Positions 18,598-28,306 of a DNA stretch of 64,000 bases are shown piece after piece. The notes below the pieces were generated by a model. It saw only the letters and a program-made list of their open reading frames with translations. It was not told where the DNA came from and did not search any database. The DNA lies in the NCBI GenBank assembly GCA_963845185.1, contig CAWJRG010000009.1:448001-512000 (forward strand). The letters run 5' to 3'. The translations under genes and the position numbers were made by a program. Each line of letters opens with the position of its first letter. Position 1 is the stretch's first letter. The DNA comes from an uncultured bacterium (GTDB taxonomy: Bacteria > Oederibacteriota > PGYV01 > CAWJRG01).

Positions 18598-20898
18598 ATG
18601 CAAATACAGGCAGACGGTAAAACTGAATTGAATAAAATTGCATCAAAAATAATAAAACCCGGGCCTTTCAGCCTGACCCTGGTTTCCCTGATTATTGCCT
18701 TTTTTGGCCAGTACCAGATGTACGTGCTGAAAAAGACAATGCCGGGCATATTTTTATTCCTTGCCGCAATCATCATATTTATAATTGCCGACATTTTTGC
18801 AAAGGGCAGGCAGGATGTTTACGGCTTCCCGTGGAAAAAAAGCATGCCGGCCGCCCCGGGCATGAAAAGGAAAACAGAAATATTTTTCTTTATCCTTGTA
18901 ATGGCGGTATGCATTTTTTTCAGGTTTTATTCCATAGACACAGCGCCGCCCGGGCTCCACAGGGACGAGGGCAGGGCTGTTATAGACGCTTATGCCCTGT
19001 CGCACGGCCAGCAGCCCGAGGGAGGGGATTCGCAGATGCCTGTTTTTATCAACAGCTACCTCTGGGAAAACCCGGCTGTTTATTCTTACATCAACGGCTT
19101 TATATTCAGGATTACAGGGACGGGCATCACCCAGGCGCGGATTACCTCGGCGATTCTCGGAACACTTGCTGTAATAGCGTTTTATTTTTTGATAAGGTAT
19201 TTATTCGGGCCCGGGATGGCAATTGCAGGCGGGTTTCTCATGGCATTTATGAGGTACCACGCGACTTTCAGCCGCATGATTTACTGCGTCGGGTTTTCAA
19301 CGCTTTTTATGTTCATGCTGCTGTACTATTTATACAGGGTTTACAGGGAAAGGAAATTTTTTGACTTTATAATGGCCGGCCTGGTACTGGGCCTGTCCCA
19401 GTACACCTACAACGCGGTAAAATCCATACCTTTTGCCGTGCTTGCGGCAGGGCTCATAATCCTTGCCAGGGACAGGGATTTTTACAGGCAAAAAATATGG
19501 GATGTCATAGGCGCTGTTGCCGTCTGCGGGATAGTTTTGCTGCCGCTTGCCAATTACGTTATCCACGACTTCCACGGGTACATGGACAGGTCAAAACACC
19601 TGGGCATATACAGCCCGGAGAATCCAGCCGTTGCGCCGGCAAATAATATCAGGTCAAAGCTTAAGGCATACCTGGACAGCTGCGGCAGGGAATGGCTCAT
19701 GTTCAACGAGACCGGCGACAAGTTCATAATTTATAACGCGCCCTACATGCCCATGGCTGATTTTATTACAGGTGTTTTTGCGGTGCTGGGCTTCGGGTAC
19801 CTGCTTTACAGGGCGCTTGCCCTGTCGCCGTTCGCGCTCATGACGCTTTCAATGTTCTTTGTTTTCATGTTCTCTGTGGCTTTCTTCATGGACGCGCCGC
19901 ACGCGCCGCGCTCGATACTGACCCTGCCTTTCCCGGTAATTTTCAGCGTCGTGTTCCTGAGCAGGGCGCATTCGCACCTGAAAGAGCAGTGCGGCAAAAA
20001 AGCAGTGTTTTTTTTCACAATTGTTTTCAGCCTGCTGCTCGCGGCAGCCTGCGCGGAAAATTACGATAACATGTTCAACAAACATTTTAAAAATCCGGGC
20101 GCTGACTCGGCGTTTGACGTGGCTGAATACAAATCCGCCCATTATTTATTAAAGCTTGGCGACAGCTGGAACGGGGTGTTCCCGCAGGATTTCCTTGACC
20201 ACAGCTCGCCTTTTTACCAGTGGGTGGACATTGACGCGGTAATGCTGAAGGACAAAAAAATACAGTACGCGGCGCTTGTACCGGGCGTGAATTTCCCTGC
20301 GGAAACAGGCAGCGGGAAAAATACGGCATATTTGCTTACGCCCGATTACGAAACCCTGGTGCCGGTCCTGGAAAAAATGTACCCAAACGGGGTTTACAAA
20401 CAGTTTTACGGGCAAAATAAAAACCTATTATTTTTTTCATATGAAGTGCCTTTTGCGGACGCGGCGCTTTACAGCAAGACAAAAAAAGCAGCGGGATTTG
20501 CAGCTGATTATTACAGCAATATTTCCTTTACAGGCAGGCCAATATTAAGCGGTTTTGAACCAATTATACTTTACAGGTGGATACTTGAAAATCCCATGGC
20601 CAGCCAGGCAGGGTCAATAATGTGGCGCGGCAAAGTGGAGGCGGACGCGCAGGGCGTGTACACGATAACAGCCAGGAGCAGCGGTTATTTCAGGCTTGAA
20701 ATAGACAAAAAGAAGGTCCTTGAGTATGACGCGGCAAAACCGCAGAATACGGCTGCAATAAGGCTCGTAAAGGGCATTCACAGCGTGGCCCTATATTACA
20801 GGCCGTCAATAAGCGGCCGCAGCATCCAGCTTTTATGGATAAGGCCGGGGCAGAAAGAGCAGGAAATAGTCCCGGCTTTTGGGCTGGCGCTGGATTAA
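18598..20898 (+). CDS. GT-C membrane glycosyltransferase (PMT/ArnT-like) with C-terminal PA14 domain
   Basis: Paralog of the previous gene: PPGLHRDEG, YHATFSR, MWRGKVEADAQGVYTI...LLWIRPG. ATG 18598 preferred over the overlapping 18565 start. Confidence 0.8.
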   Translation: MQIQADGKTELNKIASKIIKPGPFSLTLVSLIIAFFGQYQMYVLKKTMPGIFLFLAAIIIFIIADIFAKGRQDVYGFPWKKSMPAAPGMKRKTEIFFFILVMAVCIFFRFYSIDTAPPGLHRDEGRAVIDAYALSHGQQPEGGDSQMPVFINSYLWENPAVYSYINGFIFRITGTGITQARITSAILGTLAVIAFYFLIRYLFGPGMAIAGGFLMAFMRYHATFSRMIYCVGFSTLFMFMLLYYLYRVYRERKFFDFIMAGLVLGLSQYTYNAVKSIPFAVLAAGLIILARDRDFYRQKIWDVIGAVAVCGIVLLPLANYVIHDFHGYMDRSKHLGIYSPENPAVAPANNIRSKLKAYLDSCGREWLMFNETGDKFIIYNAPYMPMADFITGVFAVLGFGYLLYRALALSPFALMTLSMFFVFMFSVAFFMDAPHAPRSILTLPFPVIFSVVFLSRAHSHLKEQCGKKAVFFFTIVFSLLLAAACAENYDNMFNKHFKNPGADSAFDVAEYKSAHYLLKLGDSWNGVFPQDFLDHSSPFYQWVDIDAVMLKDKKIQYAALVPGVNFPAETGSGKNTAYLLTPDYETLVPVLEKMYPNGVYKQFYGQNKNLLFFSYEVPFADAALYSKTKKAAGFAADYYSNISFTGRPILSGFEPIILYRWILENPMASQAGSIMWRGKVEADAQGVYTITARSSGYFRLEIDKKKVLEYDAAKPQNTAAIRLVKGIHSVALYYRPSISGRSIQLLWIRPGQKEQEIVPAFGLALD

Positions 20899-20904
20899 TT
20901 TTAC

Positions 20905-22278
20905 ATGGGAACAGGGAAAATGAAATTGGAAAAGGCAGGCGCAATAAAGCTTAAAGCCGGCAGGAAAGAAACCAGCGCAGGATTCGCGGCGCTGGCAGGC
21001 CTGATAGTCCTGCCTGTAGTGGCATGGCTTTTTTACTCAGGGCTTTTCGTGAACGGCAGGATAAATACCGGGGGGACAGAAACGAATTATTTCAAGGACC
21101 TTGCTGTTTCTTTCAGGCAGGGCAGGCTGGACATAGACAGGGCAAAGGGGCAAACAACCCTGGACCTGGTAAATTACAAGGGGAAATATTTCCTTTACTG
21201 GCCGCCAGTGCCGGCAATAGTTTACATGGCGTTTACTGCAGGAGGCAAAGGCACGCGGGACAGCGTAATAACAGCCTCGTTTGGTGCGCTTAATATTGCA
21301 CTTATTACAGCGGTTTTATTCCTGCTTTCAAAAAGGTACGCGCTGAAACTTTTTCCCGCTGAGATACTTTTCCTTACCGTGTTCTGGGCCTTCGGGACCG
21401 TGCATTTTTACATGTCCATGATGGGCTCGGTATGGTTTGTATCGCAAATCATGGCGCAGACCTTCCTTCTTGCGTCTGTTTTGCTTATGCTTTCAGGGGC
21501 ATTACCCGCGGGCCTGCTTTTATCGTCCTTATTTTATTCCGCTGCCGTGTACACAAGGGACGACCTTGTTTTTTCGATTTTTTTCCTGGCGGCCATATAT
21601 ATCAGGATATGCGGCAAAGAATGGAAAAAACACGCTGTAAGGGACGCGCTTATTTTTATCCTGCCTTTCGCGTGCTTTTCAGCCATGAACCTGGCATATA
21701 ACGGCGCGAGGTTTGACGGGAGGATATTTGACAACGGGCTGAATTACCACATCATGGACGTGTCTTTCCGCGGGAATTTTCAAAACCACAAATACATGTC
21801 GCTTTTTTATGTGCCTTATAATTTTTATTCCGAGGTATTAAAGCCCATGCCGTTGATTGCGAAGTTCCCGTTTTTTGCGTTTGACAGGGAGGGTTTCGGT
21901 TTTTTGTGGGCGTCGCCTCTTTTTTTCCTGCTTTTGCCGGCCGCCTGCTATTTTTGCACAGGGGTGAAACGCATATTGGCGAAAAAAACAAAAGCTGATG
22001 GCTTACTGGGCAGGGATGATATCCTGGCAATGTCAGGCGCGGCAATGTCAGGCGCAGGCACGGCATTTATAATATTCATGGTAATGGGCGCGGGCTGGGT
22101 GCAGTTTGCCTCGCGCTACAGCCTTGATTTCCAGTTTATGGCCCTGGTTTTCATGCTCTTTTTGGCGAAGATATGGAGGAATGGGTATTTTTACGCAATG
22201 GCCCTCGTTTTGCTGGCTTTTTCCGTATATATACAGTTCTGCGGGGTAAAATATTTTGTCCCGGGTATGGGCGGGTAA
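20905..22278 (+). CDS. Polytopic membrane protein, probable GT-C glycosyltransferase
   Basis: About 10 hydrophobic segments; YFKDLAVSFRQGRLD, DLVNYKGKYFLYWPPVPA and RYSLDF motifs; within the GT cluster. Start may be 20920. Confidence 0.55.
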   Translation: MGTGKMKLEKAGAIKLKAGRKETSAGFAALAGLIVLPVVAWLFYSGLFVNGRINTGGTETNYFKDLAVSFRQGRLDIDRAKGQTTLDLVNYKGKYFLYWPPVPAIVYMAFTAGGKGTRDSVITASFGALNIALITAVLFLLSKRYALKLFPAEILFLTVFWAFGTVHFYMSMMGSVWFVSQIMAQTFLLASVLLMLSGALPAGLLLSSLFYSAAVYTRDDLVFSIFFLAAIYIRICGKEWKKHAVRDALIFILPFACFSAMNLAYNGARFDGRIFDNGLNYHIMDVSFRGNFQNHKYMSLFYVPYNFYSEVLKPMPLIAKFPFFAFDREGFGFLWASPLFFLLLPAACYFCTGVKRILAKKTKADGLLGRDDILAMSGAAMSGAGTAFIIFMVMGAGWVQFASRYSLDFQFMALVFMLFLAKIWRNGYFYAMALVLLAFSVYIQFCGVKYFVPGMGG

Positions 22279-22291
22279 GGGGCAAAACCCC

Positions 22292-22320
22292 TTGACAACA
22301 GGCAGGCTTGCTGTTAAATT
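22292..22320 (+). promoter_or_regulatory. Sigma70-type promoter
   Basis: TTGACA-N17-TAAATT with extended -10 TG. Confidence 0.55.
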
Positions 22321-22353
22321 AACGAAAAGACAGTTAAAAAATAAGGAGAAAAC

Positions 22354-23496
22354 ATGAAGAAAACAAAAGAAAAAAAACAGGACAGTTCGTCAGGCAGGCT
22401 TCTGGTTGTCCTTGGAATAACCGCAATAGCCATTATAATCTTATTTTTAACGCCAAGGCAGGTGGTTGAGCATCATGCCAACAGCGCGGCGAGGCAGTTG
22501 CTGCCCAAGCCGGTAATACAGCAGTCTTTTAAGCCGTATCAGCAGCCTGCAGTAGTAAACCCGCCGCTTATAAAAAACTTCGAGCTTAAAAAAATAGACA
22601 TTGGCGTGAGGCTCAGGAAGCCGACCGACCTTGCCATAACCAGGGACGGCGCGCTTATGCTAATCGCAGACAGCGGGGCACAGGTCATATACCTGCTCGC
22701 CAGGGAAAAAGAGGACAAGTACAAATTAAAATCCAAAATATACATGGACGAGAACAGGAACGCAATCGCGGATTTTTTGGGCTGGCACTGGAAAAAATCC
22801 GAGCCGATTTACCTTTACTGCGACTTTAACGAAAGGATAAAAACAATATACTGCCTTGACGGAGATTACGGTATTGTGAAGGAATTTCACTATGACGGCA
22901 GCTACATACTGACCGCATTTGACAGCCCGACTCTAATAAAGGCAAGGAGCCTGAGGTTCTCAAGGGACTTGGATATCGCGGGCATAAGCATGCCAATGCA
23001 AAATACAGTGATAACCTTTGGCTCAAACAACACCATAACAGACAATTACGCCACAACGCCGGGCAGCGGCCTGGGGCAGATATCACAGCCCGGTTTTATA
23101 GGCTTTGACTCGAAAAATTACAGGTATGTGATTGACGCGAATAACAGCAGGGTGCAGGTGTTTGACGGTAAAATGAAATATGTGAATAATTATTATATCG
23201 GCGGGGTGGTTTCCACTATAGCAGGGCCCCAGCTTGTTGTGATAGACAGCGCACTTGAACCGTATATGGTAGTGAACAATAACGCGAAAAACACGCTGTT
23301 ATTTTACTTTTTGAAGAAAAACATAACAATGGCAATGAACGTAAATAACTACTGCATAGCCGCCGATGCCGAAGGGAACTTATACACGATAGACAGAAGC
23401 AAAGAGCATGATATTTTTGTTTCAAGGATAAAGATTCTCGAGGACATGTCCGCTGATATAAAAAATATGCAACGCGGGAGCGAAGGAAAAAAATGA
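22354..23496 (+). CDS. Membrane-anchored NHL-repeat beta-propeller protein
   Basis: N-terminal TM anchor; LRKPTDLAI...IADSG and GQISQPGFIGFDSKNYRYVIDANNSRVQVFD NHL motifs; SD AAGGAG. Confidence 0.7.
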   Translation: MKKTKEKKQDSSSGRLLVVLGITAIAIIILFLTPRQVVEHHANSAARQLLPKPVIQQSFKPYQQPAVVNPPLIKNFELKKIDIGVRLRKPTDLAITRDGALMLIADSGAQVIYLLAREKEDKYKLKSKIYMDENRNAIADFLGWHWKKSEPIYLYCDFNERIKTIYCLDGDYGIVKEFHYDGSYILTAFDSPTLIKARSLRFSRDLDIAGISMPMQNTVITFGSNNTITDNYATTPGSGLGQISQPGFIGFDSKNYRYVIDANNSRVQVFDGKMKYVNNYYIGGVVSTIAGPQLVVIDSALEPYMVVNNNAKNTLLFYFLKKNITMAMNVNNYCIAADAEGNLYTIDRSKEHDIFVSRIKILEDMSADIKNMQRGSEGKK

Positions 23497-23523
23497 ACAC
23501 TGCTAATCAAAGCAATAAAATAT

Positions 23524-25809
23524 ATGAAAAATAAAAACAGAAAAGAAAAGACAACTAACAGCATTATATTCGGGGCATTGAAGAAAATAGGGCCGTTTAA
23601 TTTTGTAATTTTGTCGTTTATTATAGGACTTTGCGCACAATATTGCCTTTATATGAAAAGGGACCTGATATTCGGGTTGATTCTTTCAGTAATAGGTATA
23701 ATTTTTTTTATTATAGCAGACATTATTAATCCTGAAAAAAGCGACATTTTTCATGCTTACCCACTTACGGATAAGCACCCATTAAAAACTATGCCGGAAT
23801 TACCTTTAAAAAGAGAAATAATATTTTTTATTTTAATAATAATAATAGGGATTTTCTACAGGTTTTTCATGATTGACCAGATTCCAACCGGAGCCTTTAG
23901 GGATGAGGCAAAGACAGCTTACGATTCATTTAATATAATTAACAATAGTCATGCAGGCTTGCCTATATATTTTAAGGGGCTTGTCGATAACCCTGCTATG
24001 CTCAACTATATTATAGGTATTTTTTACAAAATTTTAGGAATCGGTCTTACCCAAGCACGCTCAGCGGATTCTTTTATGGGAGTCATGGCACTTATCACCT
24101 TTTATTTTTTAATAAGATATTTATTCGGAAGCCGCATGGCAATAATAGGCGGTTTTTTGTTTGCCTTTTTGAGATGGGACGTGGCATACAGCAGGATGAT
24201 TTATAATTTCGGTTTTTCTATATTTTTTGTAATATTATTTTTTTATTTTGCTTACAGGACATATAACGAAAGAAAATTATCTGATTTTATTTTATCAGGG
24301 TTTACACTATCTTTAACACAATATACATATCAAACAGCAAAATCACTTCCTTTTGCACTCGTTTTGCTTGCTTTTTACGTTCTGCTAAAGGAGCCGCTTT
24401 TTTATAAAAAGAATTTAATAAAAATACTGCTTTCGATTCTTATTTTTTTAATTGTTTATTTCCCGCTTGGAAATTATTATTTAAAAGATCATTTTAAAAC
24501 TTATTTAAATAGGCCATTAATGGTTCATAATGATATGTTTAATGGAGCTAATAAGGATAATTTTTCATTTATAAAGACATATATTGAACATTCGAAAATG
24601 CTATGGCTCATGTTTAATTACAGAGGTAGTAACGATATTTTATATAATAATGTTGATGAACCATTAATTGATTTTTTTACTGGGATTTTTGTTTTACTTG
24701 GTTTCGGTTACCTGCTTTTTAGGGCACTTGCTCTTTCACCTTTCGCGATTTTAACAATTATTATGTTTATTACATTTATTCAAACTGCAGCTTTTTTTAC
24801 AAATTATCCGGACGCGCAAAGAGGAGTAATGCTGCTTCCTTTTCCTATAATTTTCAGCATTATTTATTTAAAAAAGGTTTTTTGGCATTCAAAAACACAG
24901 AGAAAAAATTCAACAAAATATATAATAATAATTATTATAATATTTACTTTAGTTTTTTCCGGAATGACTAGTTTTAATTCTTATTTTAATAGATATGGTA
25001 AAAGTATAATAATTTGGGATGCTTTTGTTGCAGAAAAAAATAGAGCTGCAGAGTATTTGCATAAACTTGGAGTAGGATGGCACGGCATTATAGAACCAGA
25101 AACATGTTGTAGCGGGAATTGGGAACAATTTGCTATAGTTTTGGCAGGGGCAAAAGAAAAAGATTATGAGCCATTTTTAATGGGAAAAAATTTTCCGGCA
25201 GATCCCGCAGTCGAGAAAAATACCGTATATATATTTACGCCTGATTATTTATCGCTTATACCTTTAATAAAGCAAATGTATCCAAATGCTGAATACGATG
25301 TAATATATAAAAAATTCTATCCTGACAAGATTTCTTACTTTATTTTTAAAGTGCCTTATGCGGATATAGCTGTATATAAACCGCAAGCTTTTAAAACCGG
25401 ATTGAAAGCTGAATATTTTCAGGGAGATAAATGGAAAGGAAAACCAATAGTAAAAAGAGTTGATCCATTAATTGCATTTTATTGGCCTTATGGAATAAGG
25501 CCTGTACCTCCGCCTTTTTCAGCAAAATGGACGGGGAAAATAGCAATAGAAACAGCAGGGAAATATATTTTTTATGTCACATCAACAGACTTTTCGGAAC
25601 TTTATGTTGATTCCGAAAAAATAATGGAAAAGGATGAAAAGACAATTCAGGGAAAAGCAGAAGTTATCCTAACAAAAGGTTTGCACTCCATTATTATCAA
25701 ATTTCACAGTGTTCCTACTAATATTAATAACAAATTAAGCTTATTTTGGCAAAAGCCGAATAGCAATTATACCGAGCTTGTACCGAATAATGTTTTATTT
25801 CCAAAATGA
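23524..25809 (+). CDS. GT-C membrane glycosyltransferase (PMT/ArnT-like) with C-terminal PA14 domain, AT-rich copy
   Basis: PTGAFRDEA loop motif; GLKAEYF...FSAKWTGKIAIETAGKYIF...LFWQKP PA14 pattern; paralog of 18598-20898. Confidence 0.8.
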   Translation: MKNKNRKEKTTNSIIFGALKKIGPFNFVILSFIIGLCAQYCLYMKRDLIFGLILSVIGIIFFIIADIINPEKSDIFHAYPLTDKHPLKTMPELPLKREIIFFILIIIIGIFYRFFMIDQIPTGAFRDEAKTAYDSFNIINNSHAGLPIYFKGLVDNPAMLNYIIGIFYKILGIGLTQARSADSFMGVMALITFYFLIRYLFGSRMAIIGGFLFAFLRWDVAYSRMIYNFGFSIFFVILFFYFAYRTYNERKLSDFILSGFTLSLTQYTYQTAKSLPFALVLLAFYVLLKEPLFYKKNLIKILLSILIFLIVYFPLGNYYLKDHFKTYLNRPLMVHNDMFNGANKDNFSFIKTYIEHSKMLWLMFNYRGSNDILYNNVDEPLIDFFTGIFVLLGFGYLLFRALALSPFAILTIIMFITFIQTAAFFTNYPDAQRGVMLLPFPIIFSIIYLKKVFWHSKTQRKNSTKYIIIIIIIFTLVFSGMTSFNSYFNRYGKSIIIWDAFVAEKNRAAEYLHKLGVGWHGIIEPETCCSGNWEQFAIVLAGAKEKDYEPFLMGKNFPADPAVEKNTVYIFTPDYLSLIPLIKQMYPNAEYDVIYKKFYPDKISYFIFKVPYADIAVYKPQAFKTGLKAEYFQGDKWKGKPIVKRVDPLIAFYWPYGIRPVPPPFSAKWTGKIAIETAGKYIFYVTSTDFSELYVDSEKIMEKDEKTIQGKAEVILTKGLHSIIIKFHSVPTNINNKLSLFWQKPNSNYTELVPNNVLFPK

Positions 25810-25954
25810 AAAAACACAGTAATTATTTGATGAATCTATATTAGCAATTTAATGGGATGCCATTTAATAAAACTGATTACGCAGGGAAAGGATAATAATA
25901 TATAATCGAAGTTATTAGAAACGGAAAGTATTTCGAAAAAATTAGGAAAAAATA

Positions 25955-27316
25955 ATGATTAAAAAAAAATCAAAAGACATAGAATCAGTAAAAAACAAGA
26001 TAAAAGTTTTAGCTACTAAAAAATTTAATAAAACCAAAATGAATAATCATAATAAGTTTTTGCTTTGGGTTAACTGGCTTATTGACAACCTTGCTAATAA
26101 TCTAATAAAAATCAGAATTAATCCAGCTTTTTATAATCCTATCCCTTTTTATGTTTTGTTATTGACTTATTTTTTTATGAATATTTAGTTTTTTTATCAC
26201 CAAATTACTTTAAAAAATTCTGATTTTCTTCCGCATGTGAATATGATTTTTAGTCAAGGAGGAGAATACTCATTATTTCATTATATTAATAGACTTCTTC
26301 TGAATTTTAAGCATATTTTTATTTTGACATTACCGGATATAAAGTTTGTGATTTTAACGTCGGTATTTATAGCAGGGATAGCTAATGCACTATCATGCTA
26401 TTTAGTTAGAAGCTTGTTTAGACGTGAATATAAAAATTTGTCTATTTTTCTATTATATTTGATTGATATATTTTCTTTGGTTCTTATGTTAATATCAATG
26501 ATATATCCGTTCCCTCCAAAGTTTAGCAATAGTTGGTATATTGGTATTGGAACGCCAAATCCATGGCATAATCCGACTTATATATTTGCAAGGCCATTTG
26601 CAATCCTCGTATTTTTTTACTTTACTGAAATTTGGAAAAAATATTTTAACGATGAAAATATTCTTTTAAATCTTGTTTGGTTTTCAATATTTTCTTTTTT
26701 ATGTTTTTGGGCAAAACCTTCATTTTTTATGGCTTTCATACCCACGTGTATTATTTATATTTTATGGAAATGCATTGAAACAAGAGGTAAGTCAATAAAA
26801 ATATCTTTATTATTGGGGTTGGCATTTATACCGACAGCATTTATTATATATTTTATAAATGTTACATTAGTAAAAATTAGTTCCGGGACTAATGCGCTGA
26901 TTATTAGCCCGGGAACCGTAATTAATCGTTATATAAAAAATTTACCTTTATGCATACTATTTGCAGCAGCATTTCCTTTATATGTATTCTTAATGAGTTT
27001 GTATAACAAGATACTTAAAAGAATCGAAATGTCGCTATCATTTATACTTGCCTTTATTATGTATATAATATCTTATTTAGAGTTTTATTTTCTTGCTGAA
27101 AAAGGATATTGGCTTTATGATGCAAATATTGAGTGGACTTATTTATTTGGATTATTCTTCTTTTTTTTGTTCGGAACAGGAGAACTTTTTTTTATAAATA
27201 AGTTTTCAGAATCGCAGAAAATTTTTGGATTTTCACTTTTTATTGTTCATCTTTGGTCGGGTTTAGTTTATTTAAAACTATTACTTTCTGCGAATGGATT
27301 ATTATGTTTTATTTAA
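25955..27316 (+). pseudogene. Polytopic membrane protein (GT-C-like) interrupted by an in-frame TAG
   Basis: ORFs 25955-26188 and 26237-27316 share a frame; only TAG 26186-26188 separates YFFMNI from FFYHQITLKNSDFLPH; PNPWHNPT and KPSF motifs. Confidence 0.6.
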
Positions 27317-28170
27317 TCGTTAAGTATTACAAGAAAGCTAAATATTAACTAGATTTAAGAGTTATTAAACAATCACTGGATATAATGGCTTTATCACGTG
27401 ACGAATGTGAGGTATATATAATATGATGAATGGGGTAGTAATAGTCGTATAAGCAGGCAAAATAAGGCTATTCATATTTAATCCCGATCCGCGAAAATCC
27501 TTATCGGTCGGCCGCCGCAGTAGAGCTGTTATGACGGAGGAGACTAGAGGCGGGGCTAGGAAGATATTCCGATGGAATATCTGACCGCTCCGGGGATGGA
27601 GCATATTATTATTTATTCAGCAAGTACTCCACGCTAATTTTGTACGGGGAAAATACATTTTGTATCAAAAATGATACTATCTTAATGCCTGAATCGACGC
27701 AAAATATTTCCGGATTTTTATAAGTGAGCAATATGCTTTTAATTTAAGCCCATATTATTCAGCTTGTTTGTGGACTTTTATATTATAAAAGTTTTTTGAT
27801 GGTTATAAATGTCATTGCGGCACGGTAAATGCTTTTATATGTTAATAGAGAAGTAATGTTCTTTTAACTTGGAATTAAATGAAAAGCTAATCCACCTATT
27901 TTGGCTGGCATGCCTCTTCATTGGTTGAGTTTAATATACCGGTGGGATGTTTAACGGGTAGAAGTCATCCTGATACTGCAAAATATGCCTTTCGTACCCA
28001 AAGGTAGGTGAGGGGAGTTTGATTAATCAGGTAGCTTTACCCGGCTGGCTTCTATATATATATGATAGGGAGCTCCAGAAGTTGTCCCTGCAGGCACATT
28101 ATTTGCCAAGTGCTTAGACTGTTTGGCAGGTAATTGGAAGGATTTTTGACAGATTAATGAAAAATAGGTC

Positions 28171-28199
28171 TTGACAGATTCAAGGTAATTTTGTAAACT
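28171..28199 (+). promoter_or_regulatory. Sigma70-type promoter of giant protein B
   Basis: TTGACA-N17-TAAACT; TTGACAGATT is also repeated 25 bp upstream. Confidence 0.65.
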
Positions 28200-28306
28200 C
28201 TTAACATTGGTAGTTTTGGAAGAAACTCTGATTTCATAGGAGCGGGAAATACCCAGTTATATTCAAGTTGTAGAGAATAGTCTTGTCTTTATTTAGGAGG
28301 ATATTT

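Noticed and set aside
23493..23534. ATG overlapping the NHL gene stop (ATGA) that would join the 23524 frame if one A were lost
   Set aside because: It could be another frameshift, but ATG 23524 already yields a complete protein; not decidable without reads.
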